Source of the DNA: Alphaproteobacteria bacterium
Lineage (GTDB): Bacteria; Pseudomonadota; Alphaproteobacteria; CALKHQ01
Length of the DNA stretch: 64,000 nt
Direction of reading: 5' to 3'
Assembly: GCA_965227515.1 (NCBI GenBank)
Contig: CBDDFZ010000001.1
Coordinates: forward strand, 1,920,001-1,984,000
The notes beneath the pieces are model-generated. The model worked only from the letters and a program-made list of their open reading frames with translations, had not been told where the DNA came from and searched no databases. Both the position numbers and the translations under genes were made by a program. Positions 9,392 through 19,339 of the stretch are shown here, piece by piece; within the stretch, counting starts at the first letter, position 1, and each line of letters starts with the position of its first letter.

Positions 9392-10402
9392 TTGGTTGCC
9401 GCAACATCGAAAATCGACGAGTCCGAAGGGGCTGACCCGGTCAAGCCCGGCTTCAAGCTGCGCTTCAAGGCGTGGTGGGAAGGCGTCGACGTCGCCGACC
9501 TGATCGCGGCCGCACCGTCTCAGGACAACGACGCCGCCACCGATGCACCGGCAACGGGTAAGGCGGGCAGTGCGGGCAAGGCGTCGAAGTCGTCTGACGG
9601 CGATGAGACCGCGCCGCCCGAGCCAGCCTGGGATGCCGACAGGGTCAAGGCTGTCGAGGCCATCTGCGGCGATGGCCACATCTGGCCCGGCGAGTCCGAG
9701 CTTGGGCTGCAGTTCGCCCGCCCGATGGCGCTGTCGCCGGCGATCAGCCTGGTCGACCTGCGCGCCGGCCTGGGCGGTTTCCCCCGCACCCTGGTCGATT
9801 CCTTTGGTCTCTGGGTGGATGGCTTCGAGCAGGACAAGGTCCTCGCCGACGCCGGGCAGCGCCGCTCCGAGTTCGCCGGCATGGGCAAGAAGGCGCCTGT
9901 CCGCCACTTCAACCCCGAGACCGACGAAATGCGCGCCGACTATTACGATGCTGCCGTGGCGCGGGAGTTCTTTTGCCGGGTGGAGGACAAGAAGGGCGTC
10001 TTCGGCAAGGTCTACACCGCGCTGAAAACGCCGGCCCAGTTGCTGCTGACCGACCTGGTGATGGCCGACAGCCGCGAGCCGGGCGCGGCGGCCAAGGCGT
10101 GGCTGGCGTCCGAGCGCGATATCGTTCGGTTGGGCACCATCGACGACTACCGCGCGATGTGCGACGAGCAGAATTTGGACATGCACATCTGCGAGGACTA
10201 TTCGGACGACTACCGCAAGGCGGTTCTGCGCGGCTGGGCAGAGGCCGTGCAACAGTTCCGCCCAGGCGCACACGAGCGTGACGTGCAGTTGGGCATGCTG
10301 AAGGAGGCGGAGCGCTGGTTGCTGCGGCTGGCCGCCATCGAGTCCGGCGACGTCCGCCTGCTGCGCATCCACGCCTACAAGAAGAAGCCCCCGTTGAGCT
10401 GA
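9392..10402 (+). CDS. class I SAM-dependent methyltransferase-like protein
   Basis: LVDLRAGLGG motif I variant, DGFE, D.AVARE, LKTPAQLLLTD; TTG start. Confidence 0.65.
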   Translation: MVAATSKIDESEGADPVKPGFKLRFKAWWEGVDVADLIAAAPSQDNDAATDAPATGKAGSAGKASKSSDGDETAPPEPAWDADRVKAVEAICGDGHIWPGESELGLQFARPMALSPAISLVDLRAGLGGFPRTLVDSFGLWVDGFEQDKVLADAGQRRSEFAGMGKKAPVRHFNPETDEMRADYYDAAVAREFFCRVEDKKGVFGKVYTALKTPAQLLLTDLVMADSREPGAAAKAWLASERDIVRLGTIDDYRAMCDEQNLDMHICEDYSDDYRKAVLRGWAEAVQQFRPGAHERDVQLGMLKEAERWLLRLAAIESGDVRLLRIHAYKKKPPLS

Positions 10403-10412
10403 TGCCCCATGC

Positions 10413-11090
10413 TCATTGACGCTGGCGGACAAGCTGCGCCAGCGACAGGACGTGCGCCATCATGGCATAGGGCACCAGGAACAATGGTATCAGCACGAAT
10501 GGCCACGACATCACCCTGTTGGGATTGTCGAAGGCGAACAACTGCATGGCATTGGCCGACGTGACGATGCCGAAGAAAAACGCCTGAACGAACGCCACAA
10601 TGCCGACTGCCGCGACCAAGACGACGGCGCGCGGTGGCACGTCGCGGCCGCGATAGCGCACGACCACCGATAGCGCCACGAGGCCCGTAATCAGATCGCC
10701 GATGCCGGCCGGCCAAGCGAACCACGCGGGCAGGGTGCCGCGAGCGTTCTCAAAGACATAGATGAGGCCCACTGGCCGGCAGACTTGCAGGCCGATCAGG
10801 ATGTGTTGCGAGACGCCGCGGCCCAGCAACTGGCGCCTCAGCAGCAGGGCAAGAACCACGGCAAGCGCAATGTAGGCTGCCGGTTCCGCGCCGCTTTCGC
10901 CGAACAAGGCGTTGTCCGCGTCATAGCGCGCCGCGGCATAGGCATAGGCCGTCCAGGCCAGGATGGCGGTGCCGACGATCGCACGCCGAGCGAGCGAGGC
11001 GGTTGCCGCCTGTTGCACAAGAAACATGTGCCAGAACGGCAGCGCCATGGCGAACAGCACGACAAACTCGCTGGCCGGGGAAAATTCCAT
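10413..11090 (-). CDS. hypothetical multi-pass membrane protein
   Basis: About 7 hydrophobic segments; LP..FA.PAG.GD and P.VLIP.FLVP motifs. Confidence 0.7.
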   Translation of the reverse strand: MEFSPASEFVVLFAMALPFWHMFLVQQAATASLARRAIVGTAILAWTAYAYAAARYDADNALFGESGAEPAAYIALAVVLALLLRRQLLGRGVSQHILIGLQVCRPVGLIYVFENARGTLPAWFAWPAGIGDLITGLVALSVVVRYRGRDVPPRAVVLVAAVGIVAFVQAFFFGIVTSANAMQLFAFDNPNRVMSWPFVLIPLFLVPYAMMAHVLSLAQLVRQRQ

Positions 11091-11214
11091 GCCTCGCCTG
11101 TCACCTCCCCTTCGGTCACACTCATGCCATCGACGGAAAGTCGCTCGCCGCTTATTCTGCGCCACACCACAGTGCAACGCGGGTTAGACCGCAACATATG
11201 GCATGGAGTGGCCG

Positions 11215-12111
11215 ATGAGCCGACTATTGCCGGATTTCAGCGACCGCCGGGTCAGTGTCGAGACCGTGACCGGCCCGGTGGCGATCAATGCCACCGTCGC
11301 CGGCACAGGCCCGCCATTGCTGTTGCTGCACGGCTTTCCGCAGACCCATGCCATGTGGCACCTGACCGCGCCGACGCTTGCCGCGCATTTCTCGGTCGTG
11401 TGCGCCGACCTGCGCGGCTATGGCGACAGCGACACGCCGGACAGCCAGAACGGCGACAACTACACCAAGCGCATCATGGCGGAAGACATGATCGCGCTGA
11501 TGCGCGCGCTGGGGCACGAGCGGTTCTTTATTGCTGGCCATGACCGGGGCGGCCGCGTCGCCTATCGCATGGCGCTCGACCATCCGGACGTGGTGGAGCG
11601 GATCGCGGTGCTGGATATCAACCCGACGTCCGACTACTACGCCAACGCCGACAAGGACTTCGGCCTGAAGGCGTTCCACTGGTTCTTCCTGCCGCAGGCG
11701 TTCGACCTGCCGGAACGCCTGATCGGCGCCGACCCCGCGTTCTTCCTGCGCTGGATGATCGGGCGCTACATGGGCGACGGGGAGGGCCTGGCGCCGGAGG
11801 CGATGGACGAGTACATCCGCTGCAACGCGCGGCCGGCCAACATCCATGCGATGTGCGAGGACTATCGCGCCGGCGCCTATCACGACGACCGCAACGACAC
11901 GTTGGACCTGGAGGCGGGCCGCAAGATCGCGGCGCCGCTGCTGACCATCTGGGGCGGCCACGGGCTGGCGCAGCAATCGTCGGCGCCGATCGCGACCTGG
12001 CAGCGCTGGGCCAACGACGTCAGCGGGTTCGGCGCGCCCAGCGGCCACTTCGTGCCCGAAGAGGCGCCTGACGACGTCATCAAAGGCTTCCTCGAATTCT
12101 TTGTGAAATAG
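11215..12111 (+). CDS. alpha/beta hydrolase, haloacetate (fluoroacetate) dehalogenase type
   Basis: LLLHGFPQ, GHDRGGRV (Asp nucleophile plus two Arg), HWFF, CEDYRA, GHFVPEE. Confidence 0.88.
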   Translation: MSRLLPDFSDRRVSVETVTGPVAINATVAGTGPPLLLLHGFPQTHAMWHLTAPTLAAHFSVVCADLRGYGDSDTPDSQNGDNYTKRIMAEDMIALMRALGHERFFIAGHDRGGRVAYRMALDHPDVVERIAVLDINPTSDYYANADKDFGLKAFHWFFLPQAFDLPERLIGADPAFFLRWMIGRYMGDGEGLAPEAMDEYIRCNARPANIHAMCEDYRAGAYHDDRNDTLDLEAGRKIAAPLLTIWGGHGLAQQSSAPIATWQRWANDVSGFGAPSGHFVPEEAPDDVIKGFLEFFVK

Positions 12112-12130
12112 CGACAGGCAACCGGCTCAC

Positions 12131-12514
12131 ATGACTGCAAGCGCACCCACCGGCTTCAGCCGGGCAACACCCGTGCTGCGGACCGGCGACTACGCACGGG
12201 CCCGCGCCTTCTATGCCGACAAGCTGGGCTTCGTCCTCGACGAGGAAGGCGGCGACCCGGCACGGTTCGGCATCTTTCGACGCGGCACCGCGGTCGTGTT
12301 CGTCGACGGCTGGCACGGCCCGCCGACGAACGGCGCGGCCGGCTGGAACGTCTACATCCATGTCGACGATGTCGATGGCTTGTGCGCGGAATTGGCGGCC
12401 GCCGGCGTCGAGGTGCTGCGCGGGCCCGCCGAGACGGTTTACGGCATGTACGAGATCGACATCCGGGACCCGGACGGCAACCTCATCTGCTTCGGGCAGG
12501 ACGCCGACCGGTAG
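12131..12514 (+). CDS. VOC/glyoxalase/bleomycin-resistance family protein
   Basis: AFYADKLGF, YIHVDDVD, YGMYE..IRDPDGN.I.FGQ. Confidence 0.88.
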   Translation: MTASAPTGFSRATPVLRTGDYARARAFYADKLGFVLDEEGGDPARFGIFRRGTAVVFVDGWHGPPTNGAAGWNVYIHVDDVDGLCAELAAAGVEVLRGPAETVYGMYEIDIRDPDGNLICFGQDADR

Positions 12515-12614
12515 CGGTGCTCGCTACTCAAGCGTCGAGCGCCGTCCGCCGCCCAGTGTTGGGCCCACCAAGAGTTGGGTCTACCAAGAGTTGGGCTGTG
12601 CCAACCCCTATATC

Positions 12615-12744
12615 GTCATGCCCGGGCCGGGCCACTTGTGATCAGCCCACGTCTGGTCGCAAGTGGGCCGAGTCCCGGGTATCCACGTCTTTGATAAGGC
12701 CGTCGATGTAAGGCGTGGATGCCCGCAACAAGTGCGGGCATGAC
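12615..12744. repeat. palindromic intergenic repeat family E (GTCATGCCCG...CGGGCATGAC)
   Basis: 10-bp terminal inverted repeat and internal ATCCACG/CGTGGAT pair, between convergent genes. Confidence 0.75.
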
Positions 12745-12761
12745 AATGCGATATTGGTCGG

Positions 12762-14660
12762 CTACTCGACGGACGGCTCGACGGCGATATTGACCGAGGG
12801 CACGGGCGAATCGTCCGGTGCGGCCGGTGTCGTACCGCCGAGGGCCTGGATATACCCCTGCATGTCCTGATAGGCCTCGGTGGACGGGTCCAGGGTCGCC
12901 AGCAGTTGCTGCCACAGGTCGCGGGCGCGGTCGAAGTCGCGCGACTGCGCCGCCGACAGGCCCAGGAACCACAGAGCGTCTGGGTGCCCCGGGTCTTGCG
13001 CCAGAATGCGCTCCAGCGGGGCAATGGCATCATCCGGCACGGTGGCTTCCACCGTGCGCCCGTCCAGCAGGAAGCGCACCAGCGCCAGTTGCACGTCGAC
13101 CCGGCCGGGTGCGCGCGTGGCCGCCTGGTCCAACGCGTTGCGCGCGGCTTCCAGGCTGCCAAGAACGTCGTACGACCGCGCCAGGATCAGCCAGCCATCG
13201 ACATCGTCGGGGTTGGCCTCGATGCGCGCGCGCAGGCCTTCGACCATGCCGATGATCCGCTCGTTCTGCTCTTCCGGCGTCATCTGCGACATCATCTCGA
13301 CAATGGCGGGATCCAGCGGCGGCGGTGCGCGCAATGGCGCGGTGGCCGGCGCGTCCGGGCGCGCGTTCTCCGCCTCGCCGCGGATGCCGTCGCGCATCTC
13401 CCGCACCAGGGCCGCGATCTCCGCGCCGGTGGTGATCGCCTCGATGTCGCCAGCGTTGTCGGCATCGGCGCTTTCGGGAAGCGGGGCCGGATCGGCCGCG
13501 GCCTCGTCCAGCAGCAGGCCCTCGGCCAGCCCACCCTGTACCGACCGTCCCTGCACCGGCGCATCGGCCGGGGGTGCCGGCTCGGCCAGTGCGTCAGCGC
13601 CAGGAGCATTGGCGGCCGGCGCGGTCGGGGCGGCGGGCAACGCCGCCGGTGCTTCGGCTTCGGTCAGCGCCAGTTGCTGGGCCGGCTGCGCGGCTTCGGC
13701 TTCCTCGGCGATCGCGTCGTCCTGTTCGGCCATCGCGATCACCGTGCCAGTGTCCGTAGCGACGTCCGAGGGCACGCCCAAGGCGGCAGATGCCTCGGCA
13801 ATACGGTCCTGCACCGCCGGCATCCACGGTGCCTCCGGCGGCGAGAGATCGGCCAGGCGCACCCAGCCCTGCAGCGCGGCGGCGATGTCGCCGGCCTGAT
13901 AGCGCTCCAGCGCCAGGTAGTAGTTGGCCCGCGGCTCGGCAGGCACCCGCGCGACCGCGGCCTGGAAGGCGCCGCGCGCTTCGGCGGTGACCATGCCATC
14001 GGCGGCACGGACCAGCGCCTCGCCGTAGGCGGCGTTGAGGTCGGCCTCGCCGGGCGCCAGTTCAAGCGCGGCACTGTAGGCCATGACCGCCTGGTCGTAC
14101 TGTCCCAGGTCCGAAAGCGAACGCGCCAACAGCACCCACGAGCGCAGGTCGCGCGGGTTGCGGGTCAGCTCGTCCTCAAGCAGCTCGATGCTCTCGCGCA
14201 CAGATGCCACGGCCTGCGCGTTCTCCGCCACGTCCTTGCGCCCGGAGAGCGGCTGATCGATCTCGCCCGGGGCGCCCACGACCATGTAGAGCCCGATGGC
14301 GGCGACCGGAAGCACGGTGGCGACGCCGGCAGCCCACCAGCGCGAACGCCCGGCGGGCGCCGCGACGGCAGCCTTCGCGGGCGATGCCGGGGCGGGCGCC
14401 TGATCGGTCTTGCCGTCGGAGGCGGTGGCCAACAGGCGGCGGCCGATCATCGCGCGCATTGTCTCGGCCTCGTCGGCAGAGAGCCGGCCAGCCGCCAGTT
14501 CGGTGTCGATCTCCGCCAGTTGCGCACGATAGATCTGCTGCGTCACCGAGTTGCGGTCGCCACGCCGGCGCGGGCGGCTCAACAGTGGCGGCAGCAACGC
14601 CATCACGACAAAGCCCATGACGATCGCGGCAACCGCCCAAAAGATGGCGTTATCGGTCAT
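12762..14660 (-). CDS. ccmI: c-type cytochrome biogenesis protein CcmI/CycH, extended
   Basis: N-terminal TM, IYRAQLAEI, LY..VG.P, TPR blocks; last gene of the ccm operon. Confidence 0.9.
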   Translation of the reverse strand: MTDNAIFWAVAAIVMGFVVMALLPPLLSRPRRRGDRNSVTQQIYRAQLAEIDTELAAGRLSADEAETMRAMIGRRLLATASDGKTDQAPAPASPAKAAVAAPAGRSRWWAAGVATVLPVAAIGLYMVVGAPGEIDQPLSGRKDVAENAQAVASVRESIELLEDELTRNPRDLRSWVLLARSLSDLGQYDQAVMAYSAALELAPGEADLNAAYGEALVRAADGMVTAEARGAFQAAVARVPAEPRANYYLALERYQAGDIAAALQGWVRLADLSPPEAPWMPAVQDRIAEASAALGVPSDVATDTGTVIAMAEQDDAIAEEAEAAQPAQQLALTEAEAPAALPAAPTAPAANAPGADALAEPAPPADAPVQGRSVQGGLAEGLLLDEAAADPAPLPESADADNAGDIEAITTGAEIAALVREMRDGIRGEAENARPDAPATAPLRAPPPLDPAIVEMMSQMTPEEQNERIIGMVEGLRARIEANPDDVDGWLILARSYDVLGSLEAARNALDQAATRAPGRVDVQLALVRFLLDGRTVEATVPDDAIAPLERILAQDPGHPDALWFLGLSAAQSRDFDRARDLWQQLLATLDPSTEAYQDMQGYIQALGGTTPAAPDDSPVPSVNIAVEPSVE

Positions 14661-15184
14661 CTCTGCACCATCTTGCGATCGTCAGACATCAATGCGGCCA
14701 AAGATTGCTCCTCGTTGTCACTCAACGGCTGGTCGTCTTCAATGCTCTCGCCCTTGCGGCGCGCGCGTCCATACCATATCGCAAACCCAACGATTCCGCC
14801 GCCGAACAACACCGCCGGCGCAAGCCACAGAATCAGGGTGTCGCTTTCGAACGCCGGCGACAACAGCACATAACGGCCATAACGTGACACCAGATAGTCC
14901 AGAATCTCCTGGTCGCTGGCGCCTGATTCCAGCCGTGCGCGAATGACCGCGCGCATGTCGGCGGCGATATCGGCGTTGGAATCCGCGATCGACTGGTTCT
15001 GGCACTGCACGCACCGCACCTGGGCATAGAGCGCGCGGGCGCGCGCGTCGAGCGCCGGATCGTCCATCGCCTCGCCGGGCAACAGCGCGTGCGCGCTGCC
15101 GCCGCCGGCCGTCATGGCCGCGACCAGCAGCAGCGCCGCGACCAGGCCCTGCGAGATCGTACGACGTGAAATCGTGTGACCCAC
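14657..15184 (-). CDS. ccmH: cytochrome c biogenesis protein CcmH/CycL
   Basis: RCVQCQNQSIADS, YLVSRYG.YVLL.P. Confidence 0.95.
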   Translation of the reverse strand: MGHTISRRTISQGLVAALLLVAAMTAGGGSAHALLPGEAMDDPALDARARALYAQVRCVQCQNQSIADSNADIAADMRAVIRARLESGASDQEILDYLVSRYGRYVLLSPAFESDTLILWLAPAVLFGGGIVGFAIWYGRARRKGESIEDDQPLSDNEEQSLAALMSDDRKMVQR

Positions 15185-15756
15185 TACCTGAGGTCCTCCA
15201 CCAGCGAGATCATCTCATCCATTTGCTGCGGCAGCACCGGGCCGATATGGTGATAGGCAATGGTGCCGTCGCCATCGATCACGAACGTCTCCGGCAGGCC
15301 GCGCACACCCCAGTCGATGCCGACATTGCCGACAAGGTCGTAGCCGACGCCGGTATAGGGGTTGCCGAGCTCGGCCAGGAACGCCTCGCCCCTGCCGTCA
15401 GGATCCTTGTAGTTGACGCCCAGAATCTCGACCCCGTGCTCTTCGGCCATCGTCATCAGCACCGGGTGCTCTATGCGGCAAGGCGCGCACCATGATGCAA
15501 AGAAATTGATTAAAACCGGTTCACCGGTCGCCAACAAGTGATCATCCAATCCCGGTATGTCGGCGACCAGCGGCGGGCTGGAGATCGGGGGGGCGATCCG
15601 GCCCACCATCGGCGAGGCCAGTGCGGTCGGGTCGCGTTCCTCGTCGACCAGCACGTAGCCAATGACCCCTGCCAGCGCGCCGAACAGCATCAGCGGCAAG
15701 GCCATCAGGACCGTGCGCAGGGTCGACCGCTCGGGCTGGCTGACGTCGTCGGTCAT
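15184..15756 (-). CDS. ccmG: thiol:disulfide interchange protein CcmG/DsbE
   Basis: NFFASWCAPCRIEHP, GVNYKD, GV.GLPETF. Confidence 0.95.
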   Translation of the reverse strand: MTDDVSQPERSTLRTVLMALPLMLFGALAGVIGYVLVDEERDPTALASPMVGRIAPPISSPPLVADIPGLDDHLLATGEPVLINFFASWCAPCRIEHPVLMTMAEEHGVEILGVNYKDPDGRGEAFLAELGNPYTGVGYDLVGNVGIDWGVRGLPETFVIDGDGTIAYHHIGPVLPQQMDEMISLVEDLR

Positions 15757-15773
15757 CGCTCAGGCCCCATCGC

Positions 15774-17759
15774 TCACGCCCCGCTCGGCACGGCCGCACC
15801 CGCCGCCACCGTGCGGCGGCGGTCGACCCGTTGCCGCCTGTCGGTCAGCGCCAGCGCACCGCCGGCAGCCATCAGCACCGCGCCGAACCAGATCCAGCCG
15901 ACCAGCGGCTCGTAATAGATGCGCGTCACCCAGGTGCCGTTCGCATCCGCCTCCCCGATCACGGCGTAGAGGTCGCCGGCGATTTCGGAGCGGATCGCCG
16001 CCTCGGTCGTCATCTGCTGCTCGACCGGGAAGAAGCGTCGTTCCGGCGTCATCTCGGCAATCACCACTCCGTCTTCCAGCACGCTCATGCTCGCCCGCTC
16101 GGCCAGGTAGTTCGGCCCTTCGCTGCGCTTCACCGCATCCAGCCGCACCTGATAGCCCCCGGCCTCAACGATGTCGCCCGGGCCCATCATCTGGATCCGC
16201 TCCTGCTTCCAGGCGGTGGCCGCCACCGCGCCGGCAACCAGGATGCCGGCGCCGAAATGGGCCAGGCACATGCCGTGGGCGGCGCGCGGCAGGCCGATGG
16301 CACGGCGCAGCGCCGTTACCGGCCCGCGGCGGAACAGCCCGATCCGCGCGAACCATTCCGACAGCGCCGCCACCACCAGCCAGGCGGCCAGCGCGATGCC
16401 GACCAGCGCCAGCACCGGGCCTTCGCCGGCGGCGACATACCAGGCCACAGCGGCCATCACCAATGCGATAACGAATGCAACGGACAACTGGCGAAGGGCG
16501 GCCAGTAAATCGCCCTGTTTCCACGCCAGCATTGGCCCAACTCCCATGGCCACCAGCATGGGTGCCATCAATGGCACAAATGTGGCAGCGAAGTAGGGCG
16601 GGCCGACCGAGATGCGCTCGCCGCCCACCGCCTCGACCAGCAACGGATACAAGGTTCCCAGCAGCACGGTCACCGCCGCGATCGACATGAAGAAGTTGTT
16701 GAGCAGCAGCGCGCCCTCGCGGCTGACCGGGGCGAAGTGGCCGACCTGGCGCAGGCGCGCGGCGCGCACGGCATAGAGCGTCAGCCCGCCGCCGATGGCC
16801 GCCACCAGCAGGGCCAGGATGAACAGGCCCCGGTCGGGGTCGACCGCGAACGCATGTACGGACGTGAGGATGCCGGAGCGGACCAGGAAGGTGCCGAGCA
16901 GGCTGAACCCGAAGGTGACGATGGCCAGCAGCACGGTCCACGCCTTCAGGGCCTCGCGCCGTTCGACCACGATCACCGAGTGCAACAGCGCGGTGCCGAC
17001 CAGCCACGGCATCAGGCTGGCGTTCTCCACCGGGTCCCAGAACCACCAGCCGCCCCAGCCGAGCTCGTAGTACGCCCACCAGCTTCCCAGCGCGATGCCC
17101 AGGGTCAGCGTGCTCCAGGCCGCCAGCGTCCACGGCCGCACCCAGCGCGCCCAGGCGCTGTCGACCTTGCCCTCGAGCAAGGCGGCGATGGCGAAGGAGA
17201 AGGCGATCGAGAATCCGACATAGCCGAGATAGAGCATCGGCGGGTGCGCGGCGAGCGCCGGGTCCTGCAACAGGGGGTTCAGCCCGTTGCCGTCCAACGG
17301 CGCCGGAAACACCCGCTCGAACGGGTTCGAGGTGAAGATGATGAAGGCGATGAAGCCCACACCCACCAGGCCCTGGATGCCGAGCACCCGGGCATATAGG
17401 CTGGTCGGCAACCCGCCACCGAACCACGCCACCGCCCCGCCATAGAGCGCCAGGAACAGCACCCATAGCAGCATCGAGCCTTCGTGGTTCGCCCATACGC
17501 CGGTGATCTTGTAGATCATCGGCTTGGCGGAATGGGAATGCTGTCGCACCAACTCAACCGAGAAGTCGGAGGTGACGAACGCGTTCATCAGCGCCAGGAA
17601 GGCCGCGATCAGCAGGACCGCCTGGATCGAGGCGCAAGGGCCGGCAAACGCCATCAGCCGCTTATTGCCGAAGTGTGCGCCGAACAGCGGCACGGCGGCC
17701 TGGAGCAGGGCCACAACCAGCGCGGTGACCAGCGCGAAATGCCCGATCTCGGTGATCAT
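15774..17759 (-). CDS. ccmF: heme lyase CcmF
   Basis: HEGSMLLW, HPPMLYLGYVG, WAYYELGWGGWWFWDPVEN, SVHAFA. Confidence 0.98.
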   Translation of the reverse strand: MITEIGHFALVTALVVALLQAAVPLFGAHFGNKRLMAFAGPCASIQAVLLIAAFLALMNAFVTSDFSVELVRQHSHSAKPMIYKITGVWANHEGSMLLWVLFLALYGGAVAWFGGGLPTSLYARVLGIQGLVGVGFIAFIIFTSNPFERVFPAPLDGNGLNPLLQDPALAAHPPMLYLGYVGFSIAFSFAIAALLEGKVDSAWARWVRPWTLAAWSTLTLGIALGSWWAYYELGWGGWWFWDPVENASLMPWLVGTALLHSVIVVERREALKAWTVLLAIVTFGFSLLGTFLVRSGILTSVHAFAVDPDRGLFILALLVAAIGGGLTLYAVRAARLRQVGHFAPVSREGALLLNNFFMSIAAVTVLLGTLYPLLVEAVGGERISVGPPYFAATFVPLMAPMLVAMGVGPMLAWKQGDLLAALRQLSVAFVIALVMAAVAWYVAAGEGPVLALVGIALAAWLVVAALSEWFARIGLFRRGPVTALRRAIGLPRAAHGMCLAHFGAGILVAGAVAATAWKQERIQMMGPGDIVEAGGYQVRLDAVKRSEGPNYLAERASMSVLEDGVVIAEMTPERRFFPVEQQMTTEAAIRSEIAGDLYAVIGEADANGTWVTRIYYEPLVGWIWFGAVLMAAGGALALTDRRQRVDRRRTVAAGAAVPSGA

Positions 17760-17777
17760 GGTATGGGGTCCCAGTAT

Positions 17778-18236
17778 CTAGCTTGCAAAAGCGGCACAGT
17801 CGCCCTCCAGCGGCACGGACTCCGCCACCTCAGGCGGCATGTAGGTCTCGTCGTGCTTGGCCAGCACTTCGTCGGCGATGAAGGTGCCGTCGGGGCCCAT
17901 GCTGCCTTCCACCACCACCCCCTGCTCTTCGCGGAACAAGTCAGGCAGGATGCCGTCGAACGACACCGGCATCGTCGCCACGCAATCGGTGATGGCGAAG
18001 GTCACCGTGCCATCCTCCAGGGTGATGACGGAGTCCTCGGCCACCATGCCGCCGAGCCGCAACCGGTCGCCGTCGGCCGGGGCATCCACCACGGCGGCTG
18101 CAGGGCCGATCAGTTCCGACGGCGTGCGGTAGTACACGACGGTGTCGCGCAGGGCAGCCAGGGCCAATCCGGCTGCCGCGCCCAGCAGGCCCAGGCCGAC
18201 GACCACGATGACAAGACGTTGATGTTTCGGTTTCAC
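17778..18236 (-). CDS. ccmE: heme chaperone CcmE
   Basis: RLGGMV, LPDLFREEQGVV, LAKHDETYMP (HxxxY). Confidence 0.97.
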   Translation of the reverse strand: MKPKHQRLVIVVVGLGLLGAAAGLALAALRDTVVYYRTPSELIGPAAAVVDAPADGDRLRLGGMVAEDSVITLEDGTVTFAITDCVATMPVSFDGILPDLFREEQGVVVEGSMGPDGTFIADEVLAKHDETYMPPEVAESVPLEGDCAAFAS

Positions 18237-18245
18237 TGGTTTCGG

Positions 18246-18407
18246 TCACACATCCTCTGCCGGCGCGCGGGTGCGCGCGGCCTGACGCTCTTTCTCGCGC
18301 ATGGTGCGGAACGACCACACCGTCGCGCCGACCAGCGCGATTGCGGCAATGCCATAGGCACTCCATACGTAGGCGGCGTACCCGCCCATATCCAGGAATT
18401 CCGCCAT
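18246..18407 (-). CDS. ccmD: heme exporter protein CcmD
   Basis: MAEFLDMGGYAAYVWSAYG followed by TM helix and basic tail; lies between ccmC and ccmE. Confidence 0.92.
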   Translation of the reverse strand: MAEFLDMGGYAAYVWSAYGIAAIALVGATVWSFRTMREKERQAARTRAPAEDV

Positions 18408-18409
18408 CC

Positions 18410-19189
18410 TCAGCCGGCCATTTCGTCGCTGGCGCGGGCACCGCTCTCGCGGTGGGCACGCAGCCGCGCCTCCGCCCGCAGCGTGCGCATCCGCCAGATC
18501 CAGACAAGGGCGAACAGCGAGGTATAGGCCGCCGCCATCATCAGCAAGGGCACCAGCATCGACACATGGATCGTCGGCCCGTCGAGCCGCGCCACCGACG
18601 CCGGCTGGTGCAGCGTGTTGAACCAGTCGACCGAGAACTTGACGATCGGCAGGTTCACCAGACCGACGATGCAAAGGATCGCCGCGGATTTCTGTCCGCG
18701 CTCCGGGTCGTCAAACGCGTCCAGCAGCGCGATATAGCCGAGGTAGAAGAACAGCAGCACCAGCACCGAAGTCAGGCGCGCGTCCCACACCCACCATGTC
18801 CCCCACATCGGCGCGCCCCACAGCGAGCCGGTGGCGAGGCAGACGACGGTGAACACCGCACCCAGGGGTGCCGCGGCGCGCGCGCCCATGTTCGCCAGCG
18901 GATGGCGCCAGACCAGGGCCGCAATGCTGGCCAACCCCATCAGCAGATAGACGAACAGCGCCATCCAGGCGGCCGGCACGTGGACGTACATCATGCGCAC
19001 GGTCTCGCCGTGCTGCACGTCGGGCGGCGACAGCACCAGCGACCACAGCAGGCCGGCGCCGAACAGCAGGATGGTGATGCCGATCAGCCACGGCTGCACC
19101 CGCGCGGCCGCGCGGAAGAAGCGCGCCGGACTGGCCCAGGCATGCCAGTTCCGTGCGCGCGGTGCGGCGCGTCGGATCTCATAGGCCAT
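18410..19189 (-). CDS. ccmC: heme exporter CcmC
   Basis: MYVHVPAAW, WG.PMWGTWWVWDARLTS, SVDWFNTLHQ. Confidence 0.97.
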   Translation of the reverse strand: MAYEIRRAAPRARNWHAWASPARFFRAAARVQPWLIGITILLFGAGLLWSLVLSPPDVQHGETVRMMYVHVPAAWMALFVYLLMGLASIAALVWRHPLANMGARAAAPLGAVFTVVCLATGSLWGAPMWGTWWVWDARLTSVLVLLFFYLGYIALLDAFDDPERGQKSAAILCIVGLVNLPIVKFSVDWFNTLHQPASVARLDGPTIHVSMLVPLLMMAAAYTSLFALVWIWRMRTLRAEARLRAHRESGARASDEMAG

Positions 19190-19339
19190 GGCGGCGATCC
19201 TGCTTCACCAAATGCTCCCGAATGGGTGCCCCATACTGGCGGCCCCGAAAGTACAACGCGCGGATCGGCAAGGGCAAACCCGCTCCGCGCACGGGCCATC
19301 AACGTTTTCGTTAGCAGCCCTTGGGTTTATGGCCGTGCC

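Noticed and set aside
8966-12514. Integrative element at tRNA-Val
   Set aside because: No integrase and no duplicated tRNA 3' end noticed; downstream genes have host-like composition
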